Positions 8,745 through 19,203 of a DNA stretch of 64,000 nucleotides are shown here, piece after piece. This stretch comes from Armatimonadota bacterium. GTDB taxonomy: Bacteria; Armatimonadota; SYMT01. Made by a program: the position numbers and the translations under genes. The notes below the pieces were generated by a model. It had not been told where the DNA came from, did no database searches, and saw nothing but the letters and a program-made list of their open reading frames with translations. The DNA is taken from positions 95,499-159,498 of the forward strand of contig JBKBRF010000008.1 in assembly GCA_046292385.1 (NCBI GenBank). Direction: 5' to 3'. Numbering within the stretch: the stretch's first letter is position 1; every line of letters begins with the position of its first letter.

Positions 8745-9781
8745 TCAGAATGGTCCCAGCAGTGCGGCACGAAGGTTGAGCTGAGCCCGGGGAGGGATCC
8801 GCCAGACGTGAACTTCCCGATCGGTCTTGACGAGCAGCATGGATGAGTCGGGTGAGAAGGAGAGCTCAAGCGCCAAGGATGGGAAAGGCAATCTTGCCAG
8901 CTCTCGACCGGTGCTCACGTCGAAGACCTCAACCGCACCGTCGCTCCCCGCCGCCAGTAGCTCTCCCTCGGCTGAAAAGGCGAGCGAACTAGCACTCATG
9001 GATCCATTCGCGATCCGTCGCAGAACCTGCCAATCGTCCGTGCGCCAGAGGGTCAGCACTCCATCCCGAGCGACCGCTGCTGCTTCGGTTCCCGTAGGAC
9101 TGAAGGCGAAGGCTTCAGCGGTGAGCGTGTGCACTCGCCTTCCGGTGGTTGGGTTCAGGAGATGGATGGAGGCGCTGCCCCAGCGGCCGGTCCGCGCAGC
9201 GAGCAGGCGCGAATCGGGAGAGAACCCGATTACCGACGCTGGGAGCACGCATCGTGCAACCGGCTCCGGCCTTGCGGTCCTCCAGATCTTGATCTCCGAT
9301 AGACTCTCCCGAGCAATAGCGATCCATTTCCCATCGGCAGAGACGGTCATTGAGCTATCGAAACGACCAATCGGCCATTTCCATCGCTCAACTTCCGCTC
9401 CTGTTTCCGAGTCTCGCAGTCGCGCGAAGTCGTCCGGATCTAGGGTGAGCATCATCTCCCCATCCCCAGTAAACTCGCGAATCGAGCCCACGAATGGGAG
9501 TTCGCGTTCCAGACGCCAGTTCGTAGTGTCCCAAATCAGAGCGGACGGGATACCGGGCGGATAGCCGGCGCCCCTCATCTCAGCACCGGATGTGACAAGG
9601 TATTTTCCATCTCGCGAGAATTGCGCGCCCGACAGCCACCATTGGAGCACTCCCGTTCGCCCGGTCCGGTGAGTCAGGACTGCGATTCGCCGGGCGGGGA
9701 GAGCACCGCGCGCAGCACCCACGTCGTGCCGAGCACGAGCGCAATGGTTAGTGTGAGGGTGACGAAGCGACGGCGGCGCAT
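8745..9781 (-). pseudogene. WD40-repeat protein with an apparent 1-nt frameshift just after its signal/anchor peptide
   Basis: WD40-like units FSRDG/FSPDS/FSAEG...WD. ATG 9781 encodes MRRRRFVTLTLTIALVLGTTWVLRAVLSP in a different frame. ATG-to-stop span is 1037 nt (3n-1). Confidence 0.7.
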
Positions 9782-9790
9782 GTCCGTCCC

Positions 9791-10747
9791 CTACTCCTCC
9801 GGCGGGTCGGTGGGGCGGTTCGGCTTGTCGTCGAGGTTCTGGTAGAGCTCCGCGCGGGTGACGGTCGACTCGACTCCCTGCCGTGGAACCGGAAGCTTCG
9901 TGAGCCAGACGAGGGCGTTGAGCACCAGCTTTCGATAGCTCGGGTCGCCCCAGTTCAGGTGCCCGTGCCCGCCGGTGAAGCCGAAGCCGCGTCCGCCGTC
10001 GGGGCGCTCCACCGCCCACAGCAGCAGCTCCTCGCGCCCGCTGGCGGCGACGATGTGGTCGTACGGTCCCGCCGGGTAGACGTAGGGCCCGCGGCGGACC
10101 GCGTCGGAGGGTACGGCGGTGAGGATCGGGGTGATGCCGCGCAGCTCCGGCCGGAACCGCATGTTGAAGTACCACTCGTCCTTCACCCGGAACGGCTTCA
10201 CGCCGCGGGTAATCGGGTGCTCCGGCAGCGCCTTGATCTCCGGCTCCCACATCGGGTTGACGGAGTAGAGGTGCTCGTAGTGGCCGCCGACCCATTCCTG
10301 CCACTGCCGGCCCGCCTTCTCCGCGGGGACCTCCAGCGCATAGTGCGCGAACCCGAGGCCGGCTCCGCGGCGGGCGAGCCCCTCCAGCACCTGCAGACGG
10401 TCGCCCTGGATCGCGGGGTGGTTGCCGCCGCCGTCCATGTAGAGGAACACGGCGTCGGCGCGGTCGAAGGCGCGCGGGTCGTCCGGCCAGCCGCCGGTAT
10501 GGAGCGTCGTCTCCAGGCCCGGCACGCCCCGGAGGCACTTCTGCAGCAGGAGGCAGCCCGCGCGGAACTCGTGCATCAGGGTCGGGTGGCTCGGCGCTCC
10601 GGCGACCAGCACCAGCTTCCGCGGCTGCTGGGCGGCGGAAACGCTCTGCCCGGCGGCGGTGAGCGCCGCCGCGCCGCCGACCGCTCCCAGCAGCAGCGCG
10701 CGGCGGGACTGGACCTGCTGCAGCGGCAAACGGGCCTCGGGGTTCAT
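9791..10747 (-). CDS. ThuA-like (class I glutamine amidotransferase-like) Tat-exported protein
   Basis: Tat motif SRRALL, then LVAG..SH...HE..AG, HPITRGV.PF...DEWY and RGFGFTGGH. Confidence 0.88.
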   Translation of the reverse strand: MNPEARLPLQQVQSRRALLLGAVGGAAALTAAGQSVSAAQQPRKLVLVAGAPSHPTLMHEFRAGCLLLQKCLRGVPGLETTLHTGGWPDDPRAFDRADAVFLYMDGGGNHPAIQGDRLQVLEGLARRGAGLGFAHYALEVPAEKAGRQWQEWVGGHYEHLYSVNPMWEPEIKALPEHPITRGVKPFRVKDEWYFNMRFRPELRGITPILTAVPSDAVRRGPYVYPAGPYDHIVAASGREELLLWAVERPDGGRGFGFTGGHGHLNWGDPSYRKLVLNALVWLTKLPVPRQGVESTVTRAELYQNLDDKPNRPTDPPEE

Positions 10748-11943
10748 GGCTGCTCCTTCTTTCGCTTCGCGTCTTCGCTCCAGACCTTGATCCAGTGGTT
10801 CCGGAACTTCGGCGAGGTCGGGATATCGACCGTCTGCCGCGGCATATGGCAGGTCACGCAGTCGCCCGCCGGCTCTTTCGGGCAGGCGACGTGCCCCGCC
10901 GCTGCCGGGGTGTGGCAGGAGACGCACTTCTGGTTGTACTCGAGATCGGTCGTGCTGTCGGCGTTGCGGTGGGGGTCGTGACAGGTGACGCAGGAGAGCT
11001 TTCCCGCGCTCTTCCGGTAGCAGTCGCTCCGCACCATCGCCACGCTCTGCAGGCGCGCGAGCTGGCTTTCGTCCATCGGGGTCGGGGTGGCGCCCATCGC
11101 ATTGTCGGGGGTCCGGTGGCACTGGCCGCACAGCTCTTCCGTCAGCCGCTCCCGCTGGTCGGAGAGGCGCGCGATCAGAAGGTTCCGGTCCCCGCGCCGC
11201 GCCGCCTCGATGTGGGCGCGCCCGGGGCCGTGGCAGCTCTCACAGCCGACGCCGAAGATGGACCGCTCCGGATCCACTTTTCCGTCTCGGGTTGCCAGGG
11301 CCGTGACGTGGCACTGGAAGCACTGCTCCACCAGCTCCGGAGTCATGGAGCGCCCGACGGGCGTCTGGATCGGCGCGCCGATCGGCTGTCCCGGCGTGAA
11401 GTGCCACCTCCCGCCGTCGCGGTAGTAGCTGAGGCGCAGCTCCACCGGCTCGCCGTCGAACCGGCCGAGGTAGGTGACCCCGCGGTTCCCGGAGCCGAAG
11501 GCGTATTCCGCGCGGATCGACGCGCGGTGTTTCCCGCTTGTCGCTTCGAGCACGCACTCGGAGCCTTTCAGGCGCGTGGTGTAGGTGACGTCGTAGTAAT
11601 TGTCTTTGAGGCCGGAGGGCCGCTGGAACCGCGGGCCGTCCACTTCCGCGCTCACGTTCGCCAGGGTGAGCGCGTGGTGCGTCTGGAGCTGGCCCGCATA
11701 GTCGGGGTGACAGGAGATGCACTCCTGGCTGCCGGCGTACTGGTCCAGCTCCTCCACGGAGACCGGCTTGAGCACCGGGATCGGGAGCGAGGGGGCGGGC
11801 GACGGACCGGCTGCGGGCCGGCACCCGGGCAGCGCGAGCAGCGCCACCGGGGCGAGGACCAGCGCGGCAAAGCCGATCCCGACGAGGGCTCGCGGCCCTC
11901 GGGCGGGCGGGCGGGGTACACGCGGTGGGTTGGCGATTGCCAT
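10744..11943 (-). CDS. Multiheme c-type cytochrome (c554/c552-like)
   Basis: Seven CxxCH motifs, VGCESCHGPG..H signature and an N-terminal hydrophobic/lipobox-like segment. Confidence 0.9.
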   Translation of the reverse strand: MAIANPPRVPRPPARGPRALVGIGFAALVLAPVALLALPGCRPAAGPSPAPSLPIPVLKPVSVEELDQYAGSQECISCHPDYAGQLQTHHALTLANVSAEVDGPRFQRPSGLKDNYYDVTYTTRLKGSECVLEATSGKHRASIRAEYAFGSGNRGVTYLGRFDGEPVELRLSYYRDGGRWHFTPGQPIGAPIQTPVGRSMTPELVEQCFQCHVTALATRDGKVDPERSIFGVGCESCHGPGRAHIEAARRGDRNLLIARLSDQRERLTEELCGQCHRTPDNAMGATPTPMDESQLARLQSVAMVRSDCYRKSAGKLSCVTCHDPHRNADSTTDLEYNQKCVSCHTPAAAGHVACPKEPAGDCVTCHMPRQTVDIPTSPKFRNHWIKVWSEDAKRKKEQP

Positions 11944-12224
11944 GACGCAGCGTGAAAACCTTCGCCACCATGGCGAAGGGGAGAGGGGGGTGATACCTGC
12001 TCCCCCCCCCGTTCGCCAGAAACACTTCGGCCACCCCTCCGCACCGCGAGATAAGAACCGATCCGAAAAGGACTTATTGGCTGCAGCCGGCTGCGAGCCG
12101 ACCATGCGTCGTCCGGAGTGGGGCCCCGGCCATGCTTCGAGGCCGGCCCCCCACTCCCTCCTAGCCTGCTCGCCTCTCGCTCGGCTTCGCTAGCAATCGA
12201 GCCCGTCCGGATCGGCTCTGAGGC

Positions 12225-13250
12225 TCAGTGATTGCTCTCTTCGTACCGGTTGAAGTCGACCACGTACTTCCACCAGTTCGCCAGCTTGCCGTCCGGGCCC
12301 CGGCCCGGCGCCTTCGGCAGGCGGGTGAGCCACCACTTGTGGTGGAGGCGGATATCGCCGCCGCCCCAGTCTTTGCTGGTCATCAGGCGCTTCTTGCCGG
12401 TGAGGCGGGGATAGGTCAGCCAGTCGTCCGCGGTGCTCCAGACCGGGGTGTTGTTGCCCCACTCGTAGTCCTTGGTGCTATTGGGAGCGAAGTGGACGTT
12501 CCCGCACGCCGCCTTGCCGGGCGCCACCTTGTCGTAGAGCGTGAACCGGTTCCACATGTGGGTCTCTTCCGGCTCCCAGCTGCCGTAGACGTGGCGCATG
12601 ATGCTTTCGGTGCGGTGGCCGATGTCTTCCAGCATCTCCCCCACCCCGCGCTCGTAGTTGAAGCCCATGATGACGAAGATGCGGTCCGCATCCACGCCGG
12701 TGAGCGGCGGTGAGTTGCAGAAGTAGGCGCCCTTGCCGGCCATCGTCGACTCGTAGAGGCCGGAGTAGGGCATCCCCTGGATCCAGACCTCGTCGATCTC
12801 CCGGCGGTTGACGCGGCGGGCCAGGTCGAACTCGTCGATGATGGCGTGATAGTCGATCGCGTCCGGCTGGTGCCAGCCCTGCTTCGACCGGAACGCCTTC
12901 ATGAACGACTCGTCGGTGTAGCGGAAGCCGTCCTTCTTGACCGGGTAGTTGTCGATCACCCGGTCGTCGACGATCTGGTACTGGACGAAGCCGCCGCTCG
13001 TCTCCTTCACGTCGGCGATGTAGTCGCGCGTCAGCCGGGCGGGATCGTTCCAGCCGCAGACCTCGTGGAGGCGCTTGCCGCCTTCGGCCTCGATGATCGG
13101 GTTGTAGGTGAGGACCAGCACCTTCGGGCGGATCGGGCGGTCCTTGGCGGGAGCGGTGTCGGCCGCTTGCGGCGCGACCGCGGCAAGCGCGGCGGCAACC
13201 AGCAGGGCGAGCACACTCCAGAGGGTTAGCTTCTGTTTCATGGTTTGCAT
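12225..13250 (-). CDS. Secreted hypothetical protein
   Basis: Signal peptide, typical codon usage and a globular Trp/Tyr-rich body. No family recognised. Confidence 0.75.
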   Translation of the reverse strand: MQTMKQKLTLWSVLALLVAAALAAVAPQAADTAPAKDRPIRPKVLVLTYNPIIEAEGGKRLHEVCGWNDPARLTRDYIADVKETSGGFVQYQIVDDRVIDNYPVKKDGFRYTDESFMKAFRSKQGWHQPDAIDYHAIIDEFDLARRVNRREIDEVWIQGMPYSGLYESTMAGKGAYFCNSPPLTGVDADRIFVIMGFNYERGVGEMLEDIGHRTESIMRHVYGSWEPEETHMWNRFTLYDKVAPGKAACGNVHFAPNSTKDYEWGNNTPVWSTADDWLTYPRLTGKKRLMTSKDWGGGDIRLHHKWWLTRLPKAPGRGPDGKLANWWKYVVDFNRYEESNH

Positions 13251-13371
13251 AGGCGGAGTCCCGTCCGCTACGCACTGGTTCGGGCCGGCGAAACGCTCCT
13301 CCTCCGGCGGCGGCGTAGGAAGGCGTTAGCTTCGGCCGCAACGGAGCGGCAATGACGGAGGGGCCGGTACG

Positions 13372-13405
13372 CGAAGACGGGGAGCCGCGCGGCTCCCCGT
13401 CTTCG
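13372..13405 (-). terminator. Hairpin downstream of tig
   Basis: CGAAGACGGGGAGCC-GCGC-GGCTCCCCGTCTTCG. Confidence 0.6.
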
Positions 13406-13428
13406 CTGTGTCCGGATGAAGCTTGGGC

Positions 13429-14739
13429 TTACGCTTCGACGTCGCGGATCTCCGCCGTCTCCTGCAGCGTCTTCGCCACCTTCCCCATCAGGATGTTGTG
13501 GCGGATCACGTCGATCTCGCCGGTCTCGTTGGCGAGGCGGCGGACCTGCGAGAGCTTCACGCTCTGCTGCTCGGCGCGGATCTTGAGCTCCGCTTCCACT
13601 TCCTTGTTGTCGACGGTGAGGCCGCGCTCGCGGGCGAAGTCGAGCAGCACGAGGGTGTGCGTCAGGCTCTCCAGCGACTGCTGCTGCAGGCTCTCCTGCA
13701 GCGTCTGCAGGTCGGTCTCTTCCGCCTCCAGGTACTGCTCCAGGGTGAGACCGCGCCGCTCCAGCGCCTTGATCAGGTCCGCCATGCGGCTGGAGACCTG
13801 GCGCTCCAGCATCTCCGGCGGGAAATGGACCTCGGAGCGCTTCACCAGCTCTTCCACCAGGCTGTCGTTCAACTCCCGCTCGGCGGTGATGTCGGCATGC
13901 TGCTGCAGCAGCCCCCGCACCCGCTCCCGCACCGCCTCGGCCGTCTCGAAGCCGGCGCGCTTGGCGAACTCGTCGTCCAGCTCCGGCACCTCGCGGCGCC
14001 ACACCTCGCTCACCTCGATGTGCGCCTGCGCCTGCTTGCCGCGGTACTCCTCGTCCTGGTAGTCCTCCGGGAAGCTGAAGTCGAAGTCCTTCGTCTCGTT
14101 CGGCTTCACGCCGCGGAGGCCGGCGTCGAGCGTCTCCAGGTTGGCGCCCACCTCGATCAGCGTCGGCTCGGGGAAGCTGACGTCCGGGATCGGCTGCCCG
14201 TCTACCGTCACCGCCACGGTGGTGCGGATCCGGTCGCCATCCTGGCTTGGGTCGTCTACCTGCTTGAAGGTAGCGGCGCTCTCACGGATGCGAGCCAGCT
14301 CCCGCTCCACCTCTTCATCGGTTACCTGGGTCACCACCCGGCGGGCGGTGAAGCCATCCAGGTTGCCCAGATGCACGTGCGGCTCCAGCGAGACGGTGGC
14401 GGTGAACTGGAAGCCGTTGGTCGGATCGATCTCTTCTTCGCCGAGGTCGACTTCCGGCTCCGCGTAGCGGTACGGCGCCACGCCGGTCTGGCGCAGCGCG
14501 TCGCGGTAGGCGTTGTTCAGCACCCGCTCCATCGCGAGGTCGCGCACGCGGCCCTCGTCCACGAACCGCTCGATCAGGTGCTTCGGCGCCTTGCCCGGGC
14601 GGAAGCCGGGGACGGTGGTCCGCTTGGCGAACTGCTGGTAGACGGAGTCGATCGCCTTCTGGACCTCCTCCGCGGGCACCTCGACTTTGAGCTTGACCCG
14701 GGTGTGGTCCAGAAACTCGTGCTCTACTTGAACGGCCAT
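13429..14739 (-). CDS. tig: Trigger factor
   Basis: VPGFRPGKAP ribosome-binding signature, FKBP-like FPEDY..E.YRGK and PELDDEFAK. Confidence 0.96.
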   Translation of the reverse strand: MAVQVEHEFLDHTRVKLKVEVPAEEVQKAIDSVYQQFAKRTTVPGFRPGKAPKHLIERFVDEGRVRDLAMERVLNNAYRDALRQTGVAPYRYAEPEVDLGEEEIDPTNGFQFTATVSLEPHVHLGNLDGFTARRVVTQVTDEEVERELARIRESAATFKQVDDPSQDGDRIRTTVAVTVDGQPIPDVSFPEPTLIEVGANLETLDAGLRGVKPNETKDFDFSFPEDYQDEEYRGKQAQAHIEVSEVWRREVPELDDEFAKRAGFETAEAVRERVRGLLQQHADITAERELNDSLVEELVKRSEVHFPPEMLERQVSSRMADLIKALERRGLTLEQYLEAEETDLQTLQESLQQQSLESLTHTLVLLDFARERGLTVDNKEVEAELKIRAEQQSVKLSQVRRLANETGEIDVIRHNILMGKVAKTLQETAEIRDVEA

Positions 14740-14857
14740 TGGCTATCCCCTGAAAAGAATCCCCGCGCCGGCAAGGCTGCCGACACATAAGAACACCCCG
14801 TCAACCCATTGGGGGAGACGAGGCGTCGGGACTAGGAACGAAACCTGATTTGAGGAA

Positions 14858-14929
<72 letters not shown>

Positions 14930-14956
14930 GTGTCTGGGGCTTTAACCCGGATCCAG

Positions 14957-15038
14957 TGGGCGAGGAGGGACTCGAACCCTCACGGATTGCTCCACTAGAT
15001 CCTAAGTCTAGCGCGTCTGCCAATTCCGCCACTCACCC
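14957..15038 (-). tRNA. tRNA-Leu(TAG)
   Basis: GGGTGAGTGGCGGAATTGGCAGACGCG...CTTAGGA, long variable arm, GTTCGAGTC. Confidence 0.96.
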
Positions 15039-15055
15039 CCGGGTGGTGCCGGCGA

Positions 15056-15128
<73 letters not shown>

Positions 15129-15173
15129 AGGTGCTTTGTGTCCTGACCGGACCCGCCGCCCCCAACGAGCCGA

Positions 15174-15202
15174 AGTATAGCACGGGGTCGGAAGGCGTGC
15201 AA
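15174..15202 (-). promoter_or_regulatory. Sigma70 promoter of the tRNA-tig operon
   Basis: TTGCAC-17 bp-TATACT with an extended TG. Confidence 0.75.
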
Positions 15203-15472
15203 GAGCGAATTTACGCATAGGGAGCCGCGCTCGCGGCGGCCCGCGCGCAGCCCTCTCGAAGTAGGCATGGAGCCCGCGGCAAGGGGCTTCAGGCGCGGCG
15301 GGGAGGAAAACCGCTCTGCACGGGGCGAACTCCCCCGTTAAGATTTAGGCGTCGCGCAAGGCGCAGCGGCTGCAGATCGCCGGCCGCTTCCCACAGCCGG
15401 GCCCGGTCGGCCGCTCACCCGGCGGCGGGGGGCATCGGTTCCACGGAGTACCGGAAGGAGCACAACCAGATC

Positions 15473-16627
15473 ATGGCGGGCGTGACCCTGCGCAAGCTGA
15501 CCAAGGCCTTCAAAGAAGTCGTTGCCGTGAACAGCGTGGACCTGGAGATCCGGGACAAGGAGTTCATGGTCCTCGTGGGTCCGTCCGGCTGTGGAAAGTC
15601 GACCTGTCTCCGCATGATCGCGGGGCTGGAGGAGTCGACTTCCGGCGAGATCTACATCGGCGACCGCCTGGTGAACGACGTCTCTCCGAAGGACCGGGAC
15701 ATCGCAATGGTGTTCCAGAACTACGCGCTCTACCCGCACATGACGGTGTATGAGAACCTCGCCTTCGGCCTGAAGCTCCGCCTGCTGGGTGGCTTCTTCT
15801 GGCAGATGACCCACATGGCGGAGGCGAACAAGGTCAAAGCCGATATCCGGGAGCGCGTGATGCGGGCGGCCGAGATGCTCGACCTGAAGCACCTGCTGGA
15901 GCGGAAGCCGAAGCAACTCTCCGGCGGCCAGCGGCAACGCGTGGCGCTGGGCCGCGCCATCGTACGGGAGCCCCAGGTCTTCCTGATGGACGAGCCGCTC
16001 TCCAACCTGGACGCCAAGCTGCGCGTCCAGACCCGCGCGGAGCTGATCAAGCTGCACCGCCGCCTCGGCATCACCACCGTCTACGTCACGCACGACCAGG
16101 TGGAGGCGATGACGATGGGCGACCGGATCGTGGTGATGAAGGACGGCCTGATCCAGCAGTGCGACACGCCGCTCAACCTGTACCACCACCCGGTCAACAT
16201 GTTCGTGGCCGGGTTCATCGGCAGCCCGAGCATGAACTTCGTCGACGCGAAGGTGGTCCGGTCCGGAGACGGCTACCTGCTCGACGCCGGCAGCTTCCAG
16301 GTCGAGGCGCCGAAGCGCGGGGTGGAGGCGTTGAAGGGCTACGAGGGCCAGACCGTGGCGTTCGGGGTGCGCCCTCCGGACATCTTCGGGAAAGACATCC
16401 TTCCCCCTAAGCTCCAGCCGCACGCGGGCAACACGATCAAGGCTCTGTGCGAAGTCACGGAGCCGATGGGCGACCGCATGCACCTCTACCTGAGCGCTGC
16501 CCCGCACAGCCTGGTCGCCGACGTGGACGGCGAGACGCAGGTGAGTGAGGAGACCGAAGTGGAGCTGGTCCTCGACATCGAGAACACCCACGCCTTCGAC
16601 AAGCAGACCGAACAGGCGTTGTATTAG
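15473..16627 (+). CDS. Sugar ABC transporter ATP-binding protein (MalK/MsmX/UgpC family)
   Basis: [31 protein letters not shown] and a C-terminal TOBE region. Confidence 0.95.
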   Translation: MAGVTLRKLTKAFKEVVAVNSVDLEIRDKEFMVLVGPSGCGKSTCLRMIAGLEESTSGEIYIGDRLVNDVSPKDRDIAMVFQNYALYPHMTVYENLAFGLKLRLLGGFFWQMTHMAEANKVKADIRERVMRAAEMLDLKHLLERKPKQLSGGQRQRVALGRAIVREPQVFLMDEPLSNLDAKLRVQTRAELIKLHRRLGITTVYVTHDQVEAMTMGDRIVVMKDGLIQQCDTPLNLYHHPVNMFVAGFIGSPSMNFVDAKVVRSGDGYLLDAGSFQVEAPKRGVEALKGYEGQTVAFGVRPPDIFGKDILPPKLQPHAGNTIKALCEVTEPMGDRMHLYLSAAPHSLVADVDGETQVSEETEVELVLDIENTHAFDKQTEQALY

Positions 16628-16756
16628 GGGCCAGGGTTCAGGGGATAGGGTTTAGGGACTGCGGGGCGGCTTCGCCGCGGGTTCCAGTCCCTGTTTGCGA
16701 GGGCGGGGGTGGCGCTTGGGGTGCTCTCCCGCCTTCTGCTTGTACGGGTGGCATTG

Positions 16757-18094
16757 ATGACCTATTCCGAGGCAGTTGCTTATCTCGATTCGCTGGCGCA
16801 GTTCGGGTGGAAGCTCGACCTGGCGCGGATCGAGCGGCTCTGCGAGCTGGCCGGGCATCCGGAGCGGCGGTTCCCCAGCATTCTGGTCGGCGGGAGCGCC
16901 GGTAAGGGCTCTACCTGCGCGCTGCTCTCCGCCATCCTCCGGGCGGCGGGGCTGAGGGTCGGCACCGCGCCCAAGCCGCACCTGCACACGCACCGGGAGC
17001 GCGTGCAGATCGACGGCGAGCTGATCCCGGCGGAGCGCTTCGCGGAGCTGATGGCGCGGATCCGCCCGCTGGCGGAGCAGGTGACGCGGGAGGAAGGCTC
17101 CCCCACCGTCTTCGAGGTGATGACCCTCCTCTCGTTCCTCCAGTTCGCGGAGGAGCGGGTCGACGTCGCCGTGGTGGAGGTCGGCCTCGGCGGCCGGTTC
17201 GACGCCACGAACGTCCTCACGCCGGAGGTGGCGGTGATCACGACGATCGGGCTCGACCACACGGATCGCCTCGGCGACACGGTGGAGCAGATCGCCTTCG
17301 AGAAGGCGGGGATCATCAAGCCGGCCGGGCGGGTGGTCACCGGCGCCGTCGGCGGCGCGCTGGAGGTGATCGAGACCGCGGCCCGGGAGCGCGGCGCGGA
17401 GATCCGGCGGCTGGGTCACGAGGTGCGTCTGGAGAACGTCCGCGCGTCGGCGGCCGGTACCCAGTTCGACCTGCTCGCGCCGGAGGGTGAGCTCTGCGAT
17501 CTGCTGACACAGCTTGCCGGCGAGCACCAGGCGCACAACGCGGCGCTGGCGGTCGCCGCCGCCCTCTGGCTCCGCCCCCGGTGGCCGGTACTGACGGACG
17601 GGGCGATCCGCCGCGGCCTCCGGGACGCCGCGATCCCTGGTCGCCTCCAGGTGGTGCGGGCAGAGCCGCTCGTGCTGGTCGACGGCGCCCACAGCCCCGA
17701 CCGTGCCGACGCACTGGCCCGGGCGCTGCGGCAGCTCTACCTGCCGGGACGGGCCGGCCGCGTGACCCTGGTGATCGGCTGCTCGCAGGGACACGCGCCG
17801 GCGGAGGTCGTCTCCCGCCTCGCGCCCCTCGCCGACCGGATCCTCGCCACCCGCAGCCGCCATCCTGCCGCGATTTCAGCCGCAGACGTAGCGGAAGCGG
17901 TGCGGAACGCGCCCCCGGGGGCTCGAGCCCGCGTGATCGAGGCGGTGGAGCCGGTCTCCGCCGCCGTCGAGCGCGCCCTGGCGGACGCCGGGCCGGGGGA
18001 CACGATCGTCGTCACCGGCTCGCTCTTCGCCGCCGGCGAGGCATTGGAAACCCTGGGCGCTGAGCCACGGGACCGCCTCGAGTCGAAGCCTTAG
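16757..18094 (+). CDS. folC: Folylpolyglutamate synthase/dihydrofolate synthase
   Basis: GKGST, PHL...RER, EVGLGGRFDATN, IAFEKAGI, DGAH and TGSL. Confidence 0.93.
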   Translation: MTYSEAVAYLDSLAQFGWKLDLARIERLCELAGHPERRFPSILVGGSAGKGSTCALLSAILRAAGLRVGTAPKPHLHTHRERVQIDGELIPAERFAELMARIRPLAEQVTREEGSPTVFEVMTLLSFLQFAEERVDVAVVEVGLGGRFDATNVLTPEVAVITTIGLDHTDRLGDTVEQIAFEKAGIIKPAGRVVTGAVGGALEVIETAARERGAEIRRLGHEVRLENVRASAAGTQFDLLAPEGELCDLLTQLAGEHQAHNAALAVAAALWLRPRWPVLTDGAIRRGLRDAAIPGRLQVVRAEPLVLVDGAHSPDRADALARALRQLYLPGRAGRVTLVIGCSQGHAPAEVVSRLAPLADRILATRSRHPAAISAADVAEAVRNAPPGARARVIEAVEPVSAAVERALADAGPGDTIVVTGSLFAAGEALETLGAEPRDRLESKP

Positions 18095-18149
18095 AGGCAC
18101 TCCGGTTGCCTCCACTTTCCGCAGACACCAGTTGGCATGGCGTGTTTGT

Positions 18150-18285
18150 CGGAGTCACGCGCTCGCGCGGCCCTTCTATCGGAGTGAAGTGGTTCTCGCG
18201 AGATCATGCCCGAACTCCATCTTTGAGGCTGCCGGTGAGGAGGTGATGCACTGCGATAGGGATGCCGCGCGAGCGCGTCACTCCG
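18150..18285. repeat. ~37-bp imperfect inverted repeat (MITE-like hairpin)
   Basis: 18150-18186 cggagtcacgcgctcgcgcggcccttctatcggagtg versus the reverse complement of 18249-18285, cggagtgacgcgctcgcgcggcatccctatcgcagtg. Confidence 0.75.
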
Positions 18286-18414
18286 CGAGCATTCGGTCCC
18301 ATTTACTTGTTTGCCCGGTGGCTCACCGGCCGCTGCATCCGCATTCAAGCAGGGAGCGACACGCGATCCTGGTAAGCTACTTCCGTGAGGGACAGAACCC
18401 TCGGAGAGACGACG

Positions 18415-19194
18415 ATGCTCGGGCCGTTTCCGGGAATGGACCCGTATCTGGAGGCGCCGGACCTCTGGCGTGGGCTGCACCTGCAGTTGATCGCCGCCGT
18501 GGTGACCGACCTGCAGCCGCAGCTCGTGCCGCGCTATGTAGCCCGCGCCGAGGAGCGGGTGCTGCTGGAGCCGTTGGCGCGAGAGATCTGGCCGGACATC
18601 AAGGTGCGGGAGCGCGGCGGAGCGGAGCGCGCTACCGCGGTGGCCGCGCGTCCGTCTCTGGAAGAGGTCGCGGTTCCGGAATACGTGGCGGTGCCGGAGC
18701 TGGGTGCGCCGTCTCGTTGGGTGGAAGTGCTCGATGTCCGAGACCGGGCGGTGGTGACCGTCATCGAGCTGCTCAGCCCCTGGAACAAGAGCGGCCTCGG
18801 CGCGGAGCAGTATCGCCGGAAGCAGGAGCAGCTTCTGTTTTCCGGTGCCAACCTGGTGGAGATCGACCTGCTGCGCCGCGGCCGGCATACGGTGGCCGTA
18901 CCGGAGGCGCTGATCGCGAAGTCGGATTACCGCGTCTGCCTGCACCGGGCGGGCTCGACCGGTTTCGAAGTGGTGCGGTTCGGGGTGCGGGACCCGCTGC
19001 CGAACACCGCGATTCCACTGCGCGCCGGAGATGACGACGCGGTTCTTCACCTGGGCGCCGTGTTCGAGTCGTGCTATCGCAGCGGCGCCTATGCCTTCGA
19101 CGTCGACTACTCGCGCGAACCCGAACCGGCGCTCTCCGCCGACGACGCGGAGTGGGCACGCGAGCGGATCGAGCGCTGGCGCGAGTCCGGCTAG
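18415..19194 (+). CDS. DUF4058 family protein
   Basis: PFPGMDPYLE N-terminus, VTVIELLSP.NK and LVEIDLLR.G. Confidence 0.92.
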   Translation: MLGPFPGMDPYLEAPDLWRGLHLQLIAAVVTDLQPQLVPRYVARAEERVLLEPLAREIWPDIKVRERGGAERATAVAARPSLEEVAVPEYVAVPELGAPSRWVEVLDVRDRAVVTVIELLSPWNKSGLGAEQYRRKQEQLLFSGANLVEIDLLRRGRHTVAVPEALIAKSDYRVCLHRAGSTGFEVVRFGVRDPLPNTAIPLRAGDDDAVLHLGAVFESCYRSGAYAFDVDYSREPEPALSADDAEWARERIERWRESG

Positions 19195-19203
19195 GACAGG
19201 CGC

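Noticed and set aside
12112..12200. Fourth copy of the structured element
   Set aside because: It has hairpins and GCTAGC but lacks the GTGAAA loop and flanking helices, so it is probably a different palindromic repeat.
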